Translations under genes and position numbers: made by a program
NCBI GenBank assembly: GCA_029053015.1
Contig: JAIDHX010000014.1
Location: 45,848 to 109,847 of the forward strand
Length of the DNA: 64,000 nt
Source: Lachnospiraceae bacterium
Lineage (GTDB): Bacteria; Bacillota; Clostridia; Lachnospirales; Lachnospiraceae
Direction of reading: 5' to 3'
Shown here: positions 36,118 through 44,588 of the stretch, in pieces
Position numbering within the stretch: position 1 is the stretch's first letter
Layout of the letters: every line of letters starts with the position of its first letter
Notes under the pieces: generated by a model
The model's input: only the letters and a program-made list of their open reading frames with translations
What the model was told of the DNA's origin: nothing
The model's database searches: none

Positions 36118-36625
36118 TATCATCATGGTTTCCCCGCTTGAGCTGACAGGCAGGGACGTATTAAGGCTGAAACATGAATACGAGACGGAAACGGACGGTT
36201 TCACCATCAGCAGCCGCGGGTGTGACGTAATCCTCTTAAACAGGGAAATAGAGGGCGCAGAGGAGATAAGGGCACTCGTTCTAAACATCATGGGGCGGCG
36301 TTACTGTGATGACAGCCTCACGGAGAAGCTGCTTGACGAGTTTGAGGAGAGGACAGACCGGGCGGCATACCTGGCACTATTCCGGATATGGCATGACTGG
36401 AGGGAAGCACGGCAGCAGGCGGACAGGAAGGAGCAGGCGGAATGGTACATAAGGGAATTCAAAAACCAGCGGCTTGCCCTGAGCCAAAAGAAAAAAGGAA
36501 TGCTGCAAATGCTGTTCCATATCGGTTACGGGCTGTATGACGGAAACCACAGGTGCGACTTTGAGACAGGGCAGCTATATTGCTACCTGTACGGGTACAT
36601 GTGCGGGAAAGGGCTTTTGAAATAA
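36086..36625 (+). CDS. Hypothetical protein (satellite accessory gene)
   Basis: 179-aa ORF preceded by GGAAGGGAAAGGAGA. No recognisable domain. Confidence 0.5.
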   Translation: MENITTKKEPDIIMVSPLELTGRDVLRLKHEYETETDGFTISSRGCDVILLNREIEGAEEIRALVLNIMGRRYCDDSLTEKLLDEFEERTDRAAYLALFRIWHDWREARQQADRKEQAEWYIREFKNQRLALSQKKKGMLQMLFHIGYGLYDGNHRCDFETGQLYCYLYGYMCGKGLLK

Positions 36626-36801
36626 ACAGAATGGGCTACCGGCAGGGGCGCAGCCCTGCGCCCTGGCCGGACATGGCGAGAAGGGAGAAAAGCACAATAT
36701 GGCAGACAAAGACAGGAAAAGCATTGGCATACATAAGCAGGAGGCGGACTACAGGAAGATGATAGCCGAGCTTCTGGAAGCGTTCGAGCGGAAATGGGGG
36801 C

Positions 36802-37014
36802 TTGGCTGATTTGGCGGTAAAAATAAGGGTGTCATATGAACAGCCGGAGGAACTGCAGCAGGTGCTTGACATGCTGGGAAAGGGCGCGGAGGACGTCAGA
36901 AAGCCGCGGCAGCAGGCGGGACGGTACAAAAAGGCGTACATAGATTTTGACGGCTTCCCGTGCACGCAGGGAAACACAGCGAAACATGAAAAATACGGTT
37001 GCAGGTCTCCGTGA
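36802..37014 (+). CDS. Small hypothetical protein
   Basis: 70-aa ORF with a TTG start. A 36-aa ORF (36699..36809) lies just upstream. Coding status is uncertain. Confidence 0.3.
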   Translation: MADLAVKIRVSYEQPEELQQVLDMLGKGAEDVRKPRQQAGRYKKAYIDFDGFPCTQGNTAKHEKYGCRSP

Positions 37015-37195
37015 CCCGTGATATACTACATACAGACGAATAGAGAGAGTACCCCAGCCGGAAGGCTGGAAGCCATAAGGCGCGGGAAATGGAAGCCTGA
37101 TAACGGGGCGGCTGTTTCCTGTGCCTTTTTTTGCGGAAAACAGGGAATAAGCCTGCTGCCGTGCAGGTTTACAGGGAAAGGAGGCAGAAAGAAAC

Positions 37196-37783
37196 ATGCT
37201 TACGGACAGACAGAGGCGCTTTGTCGGGGAATACCTGATAGACCTTAACGCGACACAGGCCGCAATAAGGGCAGGATACAGCAGGCGGAACGCGGACAAG
37301 ATAGGCTCTGAGCTGCTAGGGAAAACTGGTGTGTCAAGGGCAGTCAGAAGAGCCATGGAGGCACGCGCGCAGCGTACGGGGATAAAGCAGGACCGTGTTA
37401 TCAGGGAACTGGCAGCAGTCGCTTTCTCTGATGTCTCGGATTATGCAAGGGTAGTGGAGAAGCAGGCAGTGCATACCACAGCCGGCGGCAGGCAGATTCC
37501 GCTATTTGACAGCAGGGGGGAGCCTGTCATCATACAGGACGTGGAGCTTGTGCTTACGGACAGCCTTACACCGGATCAGAAAAGGGTGATCTCCGGAATC
37601 AGGAAGGGAAAGTATGGCGTGGAAGTCACGCTATGCGACAAACTACGGGCGCTTGAGCTTCTGGGGCGGCATCTCGGCATGTTCAGCGACAGGGTGGAAG
37701 TGCCGGGGCTCAATGTGGAAATGTCAAAGATGGATGCCTTGATTCTGGAGATGGGCATAAAGGTAGCAGCGGTAAAACTATAA
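37196..37783 (+). CDS. terS: Phage terminase small subunit
   Basis: MLTDRQRRFVGEYLIDLNATQAAIRAGYS...A...GSELL is the Terminase_2-type N-terminal HTH. RBS GGAAAGGAGG. Confidence 0.8.
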   Translation: MLTDRQRRFVGEYLIDLNATQAAIRAGYSRRNADKIGSELLGKTGVSRAVRRAMEARAQRTGIKQDRVIRELAAVAFSDVSDYARVVEKQAVHTTAGGRQIPLFDSRGEPVIIQDVELVLTDSLTPDQKRVISGIRKGKYGVEVTLCDKLRALELLGRHLGMFSDRVEVPGLNVEMSKMDALILEMGIKVAAVKL

Positions 37784-37837
37784 CAAAAATACACCATTCT
37801 TTACGGGGGAAGAAAGAGAAAGCGAGGAAAAAAGGAA

Positions 37838-38476
37838 ATGAGCAGAAAGTCAGAACTGATTAATCTTTTGGAAGGGTATAAAAAGCAGTATGCGGCGCTG
37901 CAGAAGCAGGCAGCAGAGACAAGAAGCAGCACGGCATACACAGAAGAGGGGAGAAGCCAGAAAATTGCGAAACTGGTTGACGGCTTCGCTTCAACGGCAG
38001 AACAATGTCATGACAGGGCTGTCGGGCTGGTGGAAGCAGCGCTTGCTGCCATGTCGGAGAAGTGGAGGCAAGGAAGCACGGGAAAGATTCAGGACGCAGG
38101 GTACCAGGCAGGGCTTGCGAATACCATCAAAATGCTTGAGATGGGAGCCGTGCGGGAAAAAGAGGATATACAGAACATTATAGACAGCTTTACCGGCGAT
38201 TTCAACGCGCTTGCTGTCATAAGAAAAGTGCTGGAGCAGAGCGGTGATGAAGAGCTTGCAGGCTGTGCCGCATTGGTGCCGAAGGATAACCGGGAGTACA
38301 GCAGGCGGCTTCTTGGGCAGCTCAAAACCAATATGGACAGAGATATCAACATACAGGCGGTGCGTGACGCGCTGTATTCACAGCATAATCAGGATTTTGA
38401 CCCCGTTCCGATGGGCATTGAAGGAATGCTGCAGTTCATAACAGACCGCCTTGATGATAATCTGGAGCTTCTGTAG
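37838..38476 (+). CDS. Hypothetical protein (satellite accessory gene)
   Basis: 212-aa ORF, helical, with no recognisable domain. Confidence 0.5.
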   Translation: MSRKSELINLLEGYKKQYAALQKQAAETRSSTAYTEEGRSQKIAKLVDGFASTAEQCHDRAVGLVEAALAAMSEKWRQGSTGKIQDAGYQAGLANTIKMLEMGAVREKEDIQNIIDSFTGDFNALAVIRKVLEQSGDEELAGCAALVPKDNREYSRRLLGQLKTNMDRDINIQAVRDALYSQHNQDFDPVPMGIEGMLQFITDRLDDNLELL

Positions 38477-38502
38477 TAAGGCAGAGTCGCGGGAGGGCAG
38501 GC

Positions 38503-39414
38503 ATGACGAATGAAGAGCTTGTGCGGCTTATCAAAGCCGGTGTTGACAGGGAAAACAACATGCTGCAGCTTTACATACAGGTTAAAGGCTTTATAGGCGC
38601 AATTGCCATGCGTTACCGTGGAAGGGCGGAAATGGAGGATTTGGAGCAGGAGGGCTTCCTTGCCTTGTATGACGCCGTTGAAGGGTATGATTCGGGGCGC
38701 GGGTGTATGTTTCTCACCTATGCCGGCTACTGGATAAAGCGCCGTCTGTCCCAGTATGCAGGCAGAAGCGGCAATGTTGCCGGCTTGTCGGTCGAGGCGG
38801 TAAAAAGTCTGTCCGTATATAAGAACATGGTTAATACATTCCTCCTGTGCATAGGCAGGGAACCCACAAGGCAGGAAACAGCGGAGTGTATGAACGTCCC
38901 GATAAGTCAGGTTGAGGAACTGGAAATGCTTGCCCACATGGAAAAGGCGGAAAGCCTTGAATTGCCTGCTGCCGGCAGCAGGCATGATACAGCGCTGTGT
39001 GACCTGTTGCCGTCTGCTGAGAATCTGGAAGCGGATGTGTTGGAGCAACTGCAGTGTGAACAGCTTTCCCATATCCTGTGGGCACAGGTGAACAGGCTGC
39101 CGGCTGAGCAGGGGTGTGTGATTCGCGCAAAGTATTTAGACGGGCGCACTTACAGGGAAATCAGCGCCGGTATGGGGATAGAAGCGGGAAAGGTAAGGAA
39201 CATTGAACATAATGCACTGTGGAAGCTGCGCCTTTCGCGTGATTCCTGCCTACTCCGTTCTTTTCTTCCGGAGTATGAGGATATCTACAGCAGAGGGATA
39301 AAAGGGAGCGGCTCCCGTCACTTTGATACCACATGGACCAGCTCGACGGAGCGGGTGGCATTGGAGGATATGGCAAGAAAAAGTGTCACTAGTAGTGTCA
39401 CTAGTAGAATTTAA
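38503..39414 (+). CDS. Sigma-70 family RNA polymerase sigma factor
   Basis: Region 2 (DLEQEGFLALYDAVEGYD...FLTYAGYWIKRRL) and region 4 (YREISAGMGIEAGKVRNIEHNALWKLR). The last codons coincide with the right-arm repeats. Confidence 0.8.
   Translation: MTNEELVRLIKAGVDRENNMLQLYIQVKGFIGAIAMRYRGRAEMEDLEQEGFLALYDAVEGYDSGRGCMFLTYAGYWIKRRLSQYAGRSGNVAGLSVEAVKSLSVYKNMVNTFLLCIGREPTRQETAECMNVPISQVEELEMLAHMEKAESLELPAAGSRHDTALCDLLPSAENLEADVLEQLQCEQLSHILWAQVNRLPAEQGCVIRAKYLDGRTYREISAGMGIEAGKVRNIEHNALWKLRLSRDSCLLRSFLPEYEDIYSRGIKGSGSRHFDTTWTSSTERVALEDMARKSVTSSVTSRI
39383..39409 (+). promoter_or_regulatory. Candidate integrase arm-type binding sites (right arm)
   Basis: GTCACTAGTAG at 39385 and 39397, the same motif and orientation as at 29092-29118. 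Confidence 0.5.
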
Positions 39415-39499
39415 TGCAATATTATGGCAAAAATAGTGAAGTAGAGAAAATGTTGTAAAGGCTGGATTTTTCAAAAAATAAATGACGGGAAAACAGGAT

Positions 39500-39533
39500 T
39501 TTATGAAGAGAATATTAATCTTTTTTTAAGATG
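39500..39533 (+). repeat. Right attachment-site core (34 bp)
   Basis: Identical to 29014..29047. Confidence 0.85.
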
Positions 39534-39623
39534 CGTAATATTTCCCCACTTTTTGTCGAAATGTGATAAAATATAGCGAGAAAAAAAGGCGTGCCCAAAG
39601 GCAGCCGAGGGAGTTGTTTAATC

Positions 39624-41819
39624 ATGTTGTGGGTTTTTTTGTTTTTTCTTGGTACCTTGCTCTATATGGAGCTGGTTTATCATTTCGGATGTTTTGGATT
39701 TGTAGCGGTGAATCCGGTTCTCGCATTGCCTGTGTGGCTTCTTCTCGCCGGATTGTCCGCTCTGGTTACGGGCTTTTTGCGCAAAAGGAAGAACAGGGTT
39801 ATATTCTGGATTCTGCTCGTGATAGATTATCTTATCTTTGCCAGCCAGCTTGTCTATATTAAAATATTCCGGCAGCCGCTTCTGATTGCCGCAGTCACGA
39901 ACGCCGGTAAGGATGCGGTGACCAATTACTGGAAGGAAGCGCTCTATGCCATACTGCGCGCGTCGGGATATCTTCTGCTTCTGGCAGTGCCGTTAGCTGC
40001 GGCAGGCTTTTTGCTACACTTTAAAGCGCTCAAGCTGAAGAGCCATACCTATGGAGAGAGACTGGCAAGCATTTCGGTTATGGCGGGCGGTCTGGTGCTC
40101 TATATTGTGGCACTGGTGGGCGGTTATTTCGGAAAGACGGAATATTTCGAGAGTTACAGTGAATTTTATGACCAAAAAGGCGTGATTTCCGCGTATGGGG
40201 TAACGCCCTCGCTGATTCGTGACATGTTCGGTGATTCTTTCCCGGGGAGGGATGATTCCCTGGAGGCGTGGGACAATTATGGAGGCGATGATTTTGTCTC
40301 CACGGGCGGGGATGTGACACCGCCGATTGTGGAAGATGATATATCAGGTGGGGACGCATCCCTGCCGGAAGAGGTGGAGCCGGTTCTGGATACCTCGCCC
40401 CATGTGCTCCCCATCGACTTTGAGAGTTTGATTGCAAATACGGATTCGAAGGAAATTCAAAAATTGGCGGAATATATGCAGAGTATACCGCCGACCAATA
40501 AAAACGAATACACAGGCATGTTTGCCGGTTACAATCTGATTTACCTGACGGCGGAGGGCTTTTGCCCCTATGCAGTGGACGAGGAGCTGACACCGACTCT
40601 GTACAGGCTGGTTCATTCCGGTTTTGTCTTTGAGGATTTTTACTGTCCTCTGTGGTATACTTCCACCAGTGACGGTGAGTATGCAAACTGCACGGCGCTG
40701 ATGCCGGACAACCAGATGTTCAGCTTGAAACGCAGCGCGGACATCAGTATGCCTTTTACCCTTCCCGCTTATTTTGCAGCGGAAGGCGTGAAGAGCTGGG
40801 CGTTCCACGATAATTCTCTTTCTTACTATGACAGAAACCGGACGCATCCAAATCTGGGATACAATTTTATGGCATGCAAGCTGGGTGATTTGGACGAGAA
40901 AGTCTGGGGCGGTCAGGTGTTTGAGATGGAAAACGCCAACAAATGGCCCGCTTCCGATTTGGATATGATGGTGGCTACCATACCCTATTACATCAATGAA
41001 GACAGATTTCATGTGTACTATATGACGGTATCCGGACATATGTATTACAGCTTCAGCGGCAACAGTATGTCCTACAAGCACAAGGACGATGTGGCGGAGC
41101 TGCCTTATGGTGAAGAGGGAAGGGCATATATTGCCTGCCATATGGAACTGGATTTGGCGCTGGAATATCTGCTGGAGCAGCTTGAGACGGCCGGAAAGCT
41201 GGAAAACACAGTAATTTGTCTTTCAGCAGACCACTATCCCTATGCCATGGAGATGTCAACCTTGGAGGAGCTTGCAGGAAGACCGCTTGACGGTACGCTG
41301 GAAGTTTACAGAAACAATCTGATTCTCTGGAACAGCGAGATGGAGACAGTAAATGTGGAAAAGACGGCATATTCGTTAGATATTCTGCCGACGCTTCTTA
41401 ACCTGTTCGGCTTCGAGTACGATTCAAGGCTTTATGTGGGCAGGGATATTCTTTCAGATAGTCTGCCGCTTGTCGTTTTTTCAGACAGAAGCTTTATTAC
41501 GGACAGAATTATCTATAACAGGAAGGGCAGCGTGCCGGTCATGTGGCGGGACGGTACGGAAGAAGATGAAGAGTATCATGAGGCGATGAAAAAGCAGGTG
41601 AAAGGGCTTGTCAATTATTCGTCCGGTATTCTGAACAACGATTTTTACCGTTATGTGGAGGAAGCATTGCCGGAGGAGTACCGCTCGCAGATAGATCCCG
41701 AGTGGATTGCGCCGCATCCGCCAGGACCAAAGCCGACGCCTCTGCCGGATCCGAAGGAAACACCGGCGGGTGAAACGGAGCAGGATACAGAACAGGATGA
41801 GACCGACGCTGTCGGCTGA
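39624..41819 (+). CDS. LtaS-family sulfatase-domain membrane protein (phosphoglycerol-transferase-like)
   Basis: About 5 N-terminal transmembrane segments, then an extracellular sulfatase-type domain (LIYLTAEGF...SADHYPY). The start is at 39624, or GTG at 39591. Confidence 0.75.
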   Translation: MLWVFLFFLGTLLYMELVYHFGCFGFVAVNPVLALPVWLLLAGLSALVTGFLRKRKNRVIFWILLVIDYLIFASQLVYIKIFRQPLLIAAVTNAGKDAVTNYWKEALYAILRASGYLLLLAVPLAAAGFLLHFKALKLKSHTYGERLASISVMAGGLVLYIVALVGGYFGKTEYFESYSEFYDQKGVISAYGVTPSLIRDMFGDSFPGRDDSLEAWDNYGGDDFVSTGGDVTPPIVEDDISGGDASLPEEVEPVLDTSPHVLPIDFESLIANTDSKEIQKLAEYMQSIPPTNKNEYTGMFAGYNLIYLTAEGFCPYAVDEELTPTLYRLVHSGFVFEDFYCPLWYTSTSDGEYANCTALMPDNQMFSLKRSADISMPFTLPAYFAAEGVKSWAFHDNSLSYYDRNRTHPNLGYNFMACKLGDLDEKVWGGQVFEMENANKWPASDLDMMVATIPYYINEDRFHVYYMTVSGHMYYSFSGNSMSYKHKDDVAELPYGEEGRAYIACHMELDLALEYLLEQLETAGKLENTVICLSADHYPYAMEMSTLEELAGRPLDGTLEVYRNNLILWNSEMETVNVEKTAYSLDILPTLLNLFGFEYDSRLYVGRDILSDSLPLVVFSDRSFITDRIIYNRKGSVPVMWRDGTEEDEEYHEAMKKQVKGLVNYSSGILNNDFYRYVEEALPEEYRSQIDPEWIAPHPPGPKPTPLPDPKETPAGETEQDTEQDETDAVG

Positions 41820-41826
41820 ATAAAAA

Positions 41827-41867
41827 CGCCTATGAGGTTACAGTTCCTCATAGGCGATTTCTTTTTT
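41827..41867 (+). terminator. Rho-independent terminator
   Basis: The 11-bp stem CGCCTATGAGG / CCTCATAGGCG is followed by ATTTCTTTTTT. It overlaps the 3' end of the convergent gene. Confidence 0.7.
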
Positions 41868-42341
41868 GTCAAGATATTGCCGAAATGCGGCATCCCAGAG
41901 CTTTTCCGGTTCCTTGTCAGGGACGAAGGAAGTAAAAGAGGTTCCGGTCAGAAGCAGCGCTTTTTCCCCGTCAAACCGTACTGTCAGCACAAATGCCTGA
42001 ACCAGACTTAGGGAAGAAGCGGCGCCGCCTTTTTCTAAAATAGAAGCCACGCCGGCAGGCTTCAGATGAAAGACAAACTGAAAGCGCAGCGGTGTGCGTT
42101 TTCCCTTGATAAAATCAAAGCATAAGCCCTTCATGTCCTTCCACTCTGCAAAATCATACGGGTGCAGAGCTTTGTCCTCACGTTCTTCAGGCGGGAAAAA
42201 ATCCTTGTGGATCCGTCCGTCAATGGAATATGTAACAAAAGTGTCGATGTCTGCTTTTTCCAAAAGGAAAGAATCGAAAAGCTCTCCCAATAAGAGGGAA
42301 TTCATAAAAGGTTTCAGGGTAGTGATTTGTAGTGCAAGCAT
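41838..42341 (-). CDS. Conserved hypothetical protein
   Basis: 167-aa ORF. No family confidently recognised. Confidence 0.55.
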   Translation of the reverse strand: MLALQITTLKPFMNSLLLGELFDSFLLEKADIDTFVTYSIDGRIHKDFFPPEEREDKALHPYDFAEWKDMKGLCFDFIKGKRTPLRFQFVFHLKPAGVASILEKGGAASSLSLVQAFVLTVRFDGEKALLLTGTSFTSFVPDKEPEKLWDAAFRQYLDKKEIAYEEL

Positions 42342-42581
42342 TGTTCATTTCTCCTAGGTCTGATAGATATACAAAATCAGTGCAAACTAGATATAGTATA
42401 TCGGCTTTGAAATTAGGTGTCAAGGCGTAGAGTGGGGTTGCGGCGAGGGACAACGGGGGATTTGCAGCGGGGGACGCCCGTACCGCATGCAGGGTGGAAA
42501 AATGATATAAATGTAACCAATAATGATTTTTTCCCTCTATATAGGTGAGAGGCTCTTAATGTTACAAGAAAGGAGGGTCAA

Positions 42582-43157
42582 ATGGAGGACTATGAAATTA
42601 TCCGTCTGTTTTGGAAACGTGATGAAGCAGCGATAAAACATACAGAAATCAAGTATGGAGGAAAGCTCTGCCATCTTGCCATGAAGATATTGAACAGCCG
42701 GGAAGATACGGCAGAATGTGTTAATGATACACTTCTCAAAACATGGAATACCATTCCGCCACAGAAACCTGCATATTTCTTTGCTTATATCGCAAAAATT
42801 TGCAGATATATTTCCTTTGGAATGTTAGATTGGAAAAATGCACAAAAGCGCAATGCGGAAATTGTGGAATTGACCAGCGAAATGCAGTCATGTATTCCAG
42901 ACCCATTATCCGACGTAGACTGCGAAATAGAAAGCAAGGAAATTGGACGCTTACTGAATATGTTCCTTTCTGGATTAACGCAGGAGAAACGTTTGATATT
43001 CATGCGGCGCTATTGGTATGCGGACTCTATTCATAGTATCTCTCAAAGATACGGCATAAGTGAAAGCAAGGTAAAAACAACTCTGTTTCGCACAAGAAAT
43101 GAATTAGAAAATTTTTTGAGAAAGGAGGGGATAACATTATGGACGGCAAAGACTTAA
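42582..43157 (+). CDS. ECF-type sigma-70 family sigma factor (paralog of 17024..17584)
   Basis: ECVNDTLLKTWNTIPP and a region 4 HTH (IHSISQRYGISESKVKTTLFRTRNEL). RBS AGGAGGG. Confidence 0.85.
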   Translation: MEDYEIIRLFWKRDEAAIKHTEIKYGGKLCHLAMKILNSREDTAECVNDTLLKTWNTIPPQKPAYFFAYIAKICRYISFGMLDWKNAQKRNAEIVELTSEMQSCIPDPLSDVDCEIESKEIGRLLNMFLSGLTQEKRLIFMRRYWYADSIHSISQRYGISESKVKTTLFRTRNELENFLRKEGITLWTAKT

Positions 43158-43960
43158 TGTACGGAATAGGATTTGTTGATGATAAGTTTGTTGAAGAAGC
43201 GGAATTCGTTACGCGGATAAAGAGAAATTCTTTGTCATGGAGCTATTATTTTGCAACAGCAGCATGTTTCATTTTTGTTATATTAATGGCAAAGCTAATT
43301 CCAAATATGTTTGACAGGCCTGAGACTTCGCTTGATGATGAGACAACTTTACCACATCAAACTGCTCCTGTGCCATATTACCCGGAGATGTATCAGGTTG
43401 ATATGAGCCAGATACTTGTGAATGATATTCATGGTGTTTTAGCGGGAGGTTCCTTATATGACCCGAAATTACATGAGATTGTTACATGGACTATGGACGA
43501 AATTGTTGCATATTACGGGAAAAATCCTGTTCCTGCATACATTCCGGACATTTTGGCAGCTTCTCCTTATAATGAAAGTGCAACTGTCCTTGTTGATAAG
43601 TCCGGCGTTGCGGTAAATGATCTTGTATATTTCGATTTTTACCATGCGTATGATAATAATGGAATCCCACTTTCGGACGCGGGTAGTGGAGCAAAAATTG
43701 GATTTTCTGTTGCTGTTTCAAAAATTGGAACGACAAGCAATTGTGCCTATGTTGATACAAATAATCTTGAAACAACTTATATTGGTGATACCGCTGTGAT
43801 TTTTGGCAGTATGAGTACCCCATATGAACTATATACGGCTGAGTTTCAGTATGCGGATATTCACTATTTGATCATTGCCGAACAAATGCAGCTTGAAGAA
43901 GTTGTAAAAGTGGTGGCGTCTATTATTTTCGAAAGTGAAACTATATCAATTATGAATTAA
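43139..43960 (+). CDS. Membrane-anchored protein, probable anti-sigma factor
   Basis: It overlaps the sigma gene end. It has a single transmembrane segment (YYFATAACFIFVILMAKLI) and an extracytoplasmic domain. Confidence 0.5.
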   Translation: MDGKDLMYGIGFVDDKFVEEAEFVTRIKRNSLSWSYYFATAACFIFVILMAKLIPNMFDRPETSLDDETTLPHQTAPVPYYPEMYQVDMSQILVNDIHGVLAGGSLYDPKLHEIVTWTMDEIVAYYGKNPVPAYIPDILAASPYNESATVLVDKSGVAVNDLVYFDFYHAYDNNGIPLSDAGSGAKIGFSVAVSKIGTTSNCAYVDTNNLETTYIGDTAVIFGSMSTPYELYTAEFQYADIHYLIIAEQMQLEEVVKVVASIIFESETISIMN

Positions 43961-43978
43961 CTTATGGAGGACAAGAAA

Positions 43979-44518
43979 ATGAAAAAAATGAGTACCCTTT
44001 ATATAGTCGCAATCCTTATTGTGACGCTTGCGGCTTGCGCTGACAATACCGAGCAGAGTCAAAATGCCCCTGTCATCTCTGTTTCTGTACAAGATGAAAG
44101 TGTGAGGGAACCTAAGATTGAGGATGAGCCGGAACAGAGCTACGATAATCCCAGCAATCCCGTTCTTGAACAGGATGCCAGTGTGAGTGAGCTTAAGGCT
44201 GAGGATGGGACGGAGCAGGGAAGCGATAATCTCAATAGTCCCGTTTCTGAACAGGGAGAAAGTGTGAGCGAGCCTGAGATTGAAGGCGAGCCGGAGCAGA
44301 GCTATGATAATCCCGGCAATCCCGTTTCTGAACAGGATGAAAGTGTGAGTGAGCCTAAGACTGAGGGTGGGCCGGAGCAGAGCGATGATAATCTCAGCAA
44401 TCCCGTTTCTGAACAGGATGAAAGTGTAGGTAAGCCTGTTATGGAGGGGTGCTATGATGACCCCAATAATCCTGTTGCAAATCAGAATTATAGTGTAGGT
44501 GAACCAAATCATGAGTAA
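43979..44518 (+). CDS. Lipoprotein with acidic 27-aa tandem repeats
   Basis: The signal peptide has a lipobox (LIVTLAAC). It is followed by about 4.8 repeats of the type SVSEPKxEGxPEQSxDNxxNPVSEQDE. Confidence 0.7.
   Translation: MKKMSTLYIVAILIVTLAACADNTEQSQNAPVISVSVQDESVREPKIEDEPEQSYDNPSNPVLEQDASVSELKAEDGTEQGSDNLNSPVSEQGESVSEPEIEGEPEQSYDNPGNPVSEQDESVSEPKTEGGPEQSDDNLSNPVSEQDESVGKPVMEGCYDDPNNPVANQNYSVGEPNHE
44093..44485 (+). repeat. 81-bp in-frame tandem repeats (4 full units plus 1 partial)
   Basis: Units start at 44093, 44174, 44255, 44336 and 44417. Confidence 0.85.
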
Positions 44519-44588
44519 ATTTCATCAAGGGGCGACAGCAAAGAGTGCTGCCGCCTTCCTGCATTATGAGAACCCAAGCAGCGAGTGG

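Larger units (their letters stand above)
29014..39533. mobile_element. 10.5 kb integrated phage-satellite-like (PICI-like) element bounded by 34-bp direct repeats
   Basis: The perfect direct repeat TTTATGAAGAGAATATTAATCTTTTTTTAAGATG lies at both ends. The element carries an integrase, a cI/Cro switch, ERF, a replication initiator, a DnaC-like ATPase, TerS and a sigma factor. It has no TerL, portal, capsid, tail or lysis genes. Confidence 0.8.

Noticed and set aside
37015-37195. A small RNA or pac site in the 180-bp gap before terS (hairpin CCAGCCGGAAGGCTGG and a T-run at about 37130).
   Set aside because: The hairpin is short, the T-run is not preceded by a convincing stem, and nothing links it to packaging. 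It is left unannotated.
29014-39533. Interpretation as a complete or merely cryptic tailed prophage.
   Set aside because: It is only 10.5 kb between perfect att repeats. All ORFs are intact, and there is no TerL, portal, capsid, tail or lysis gene. The content fits a satellite better.
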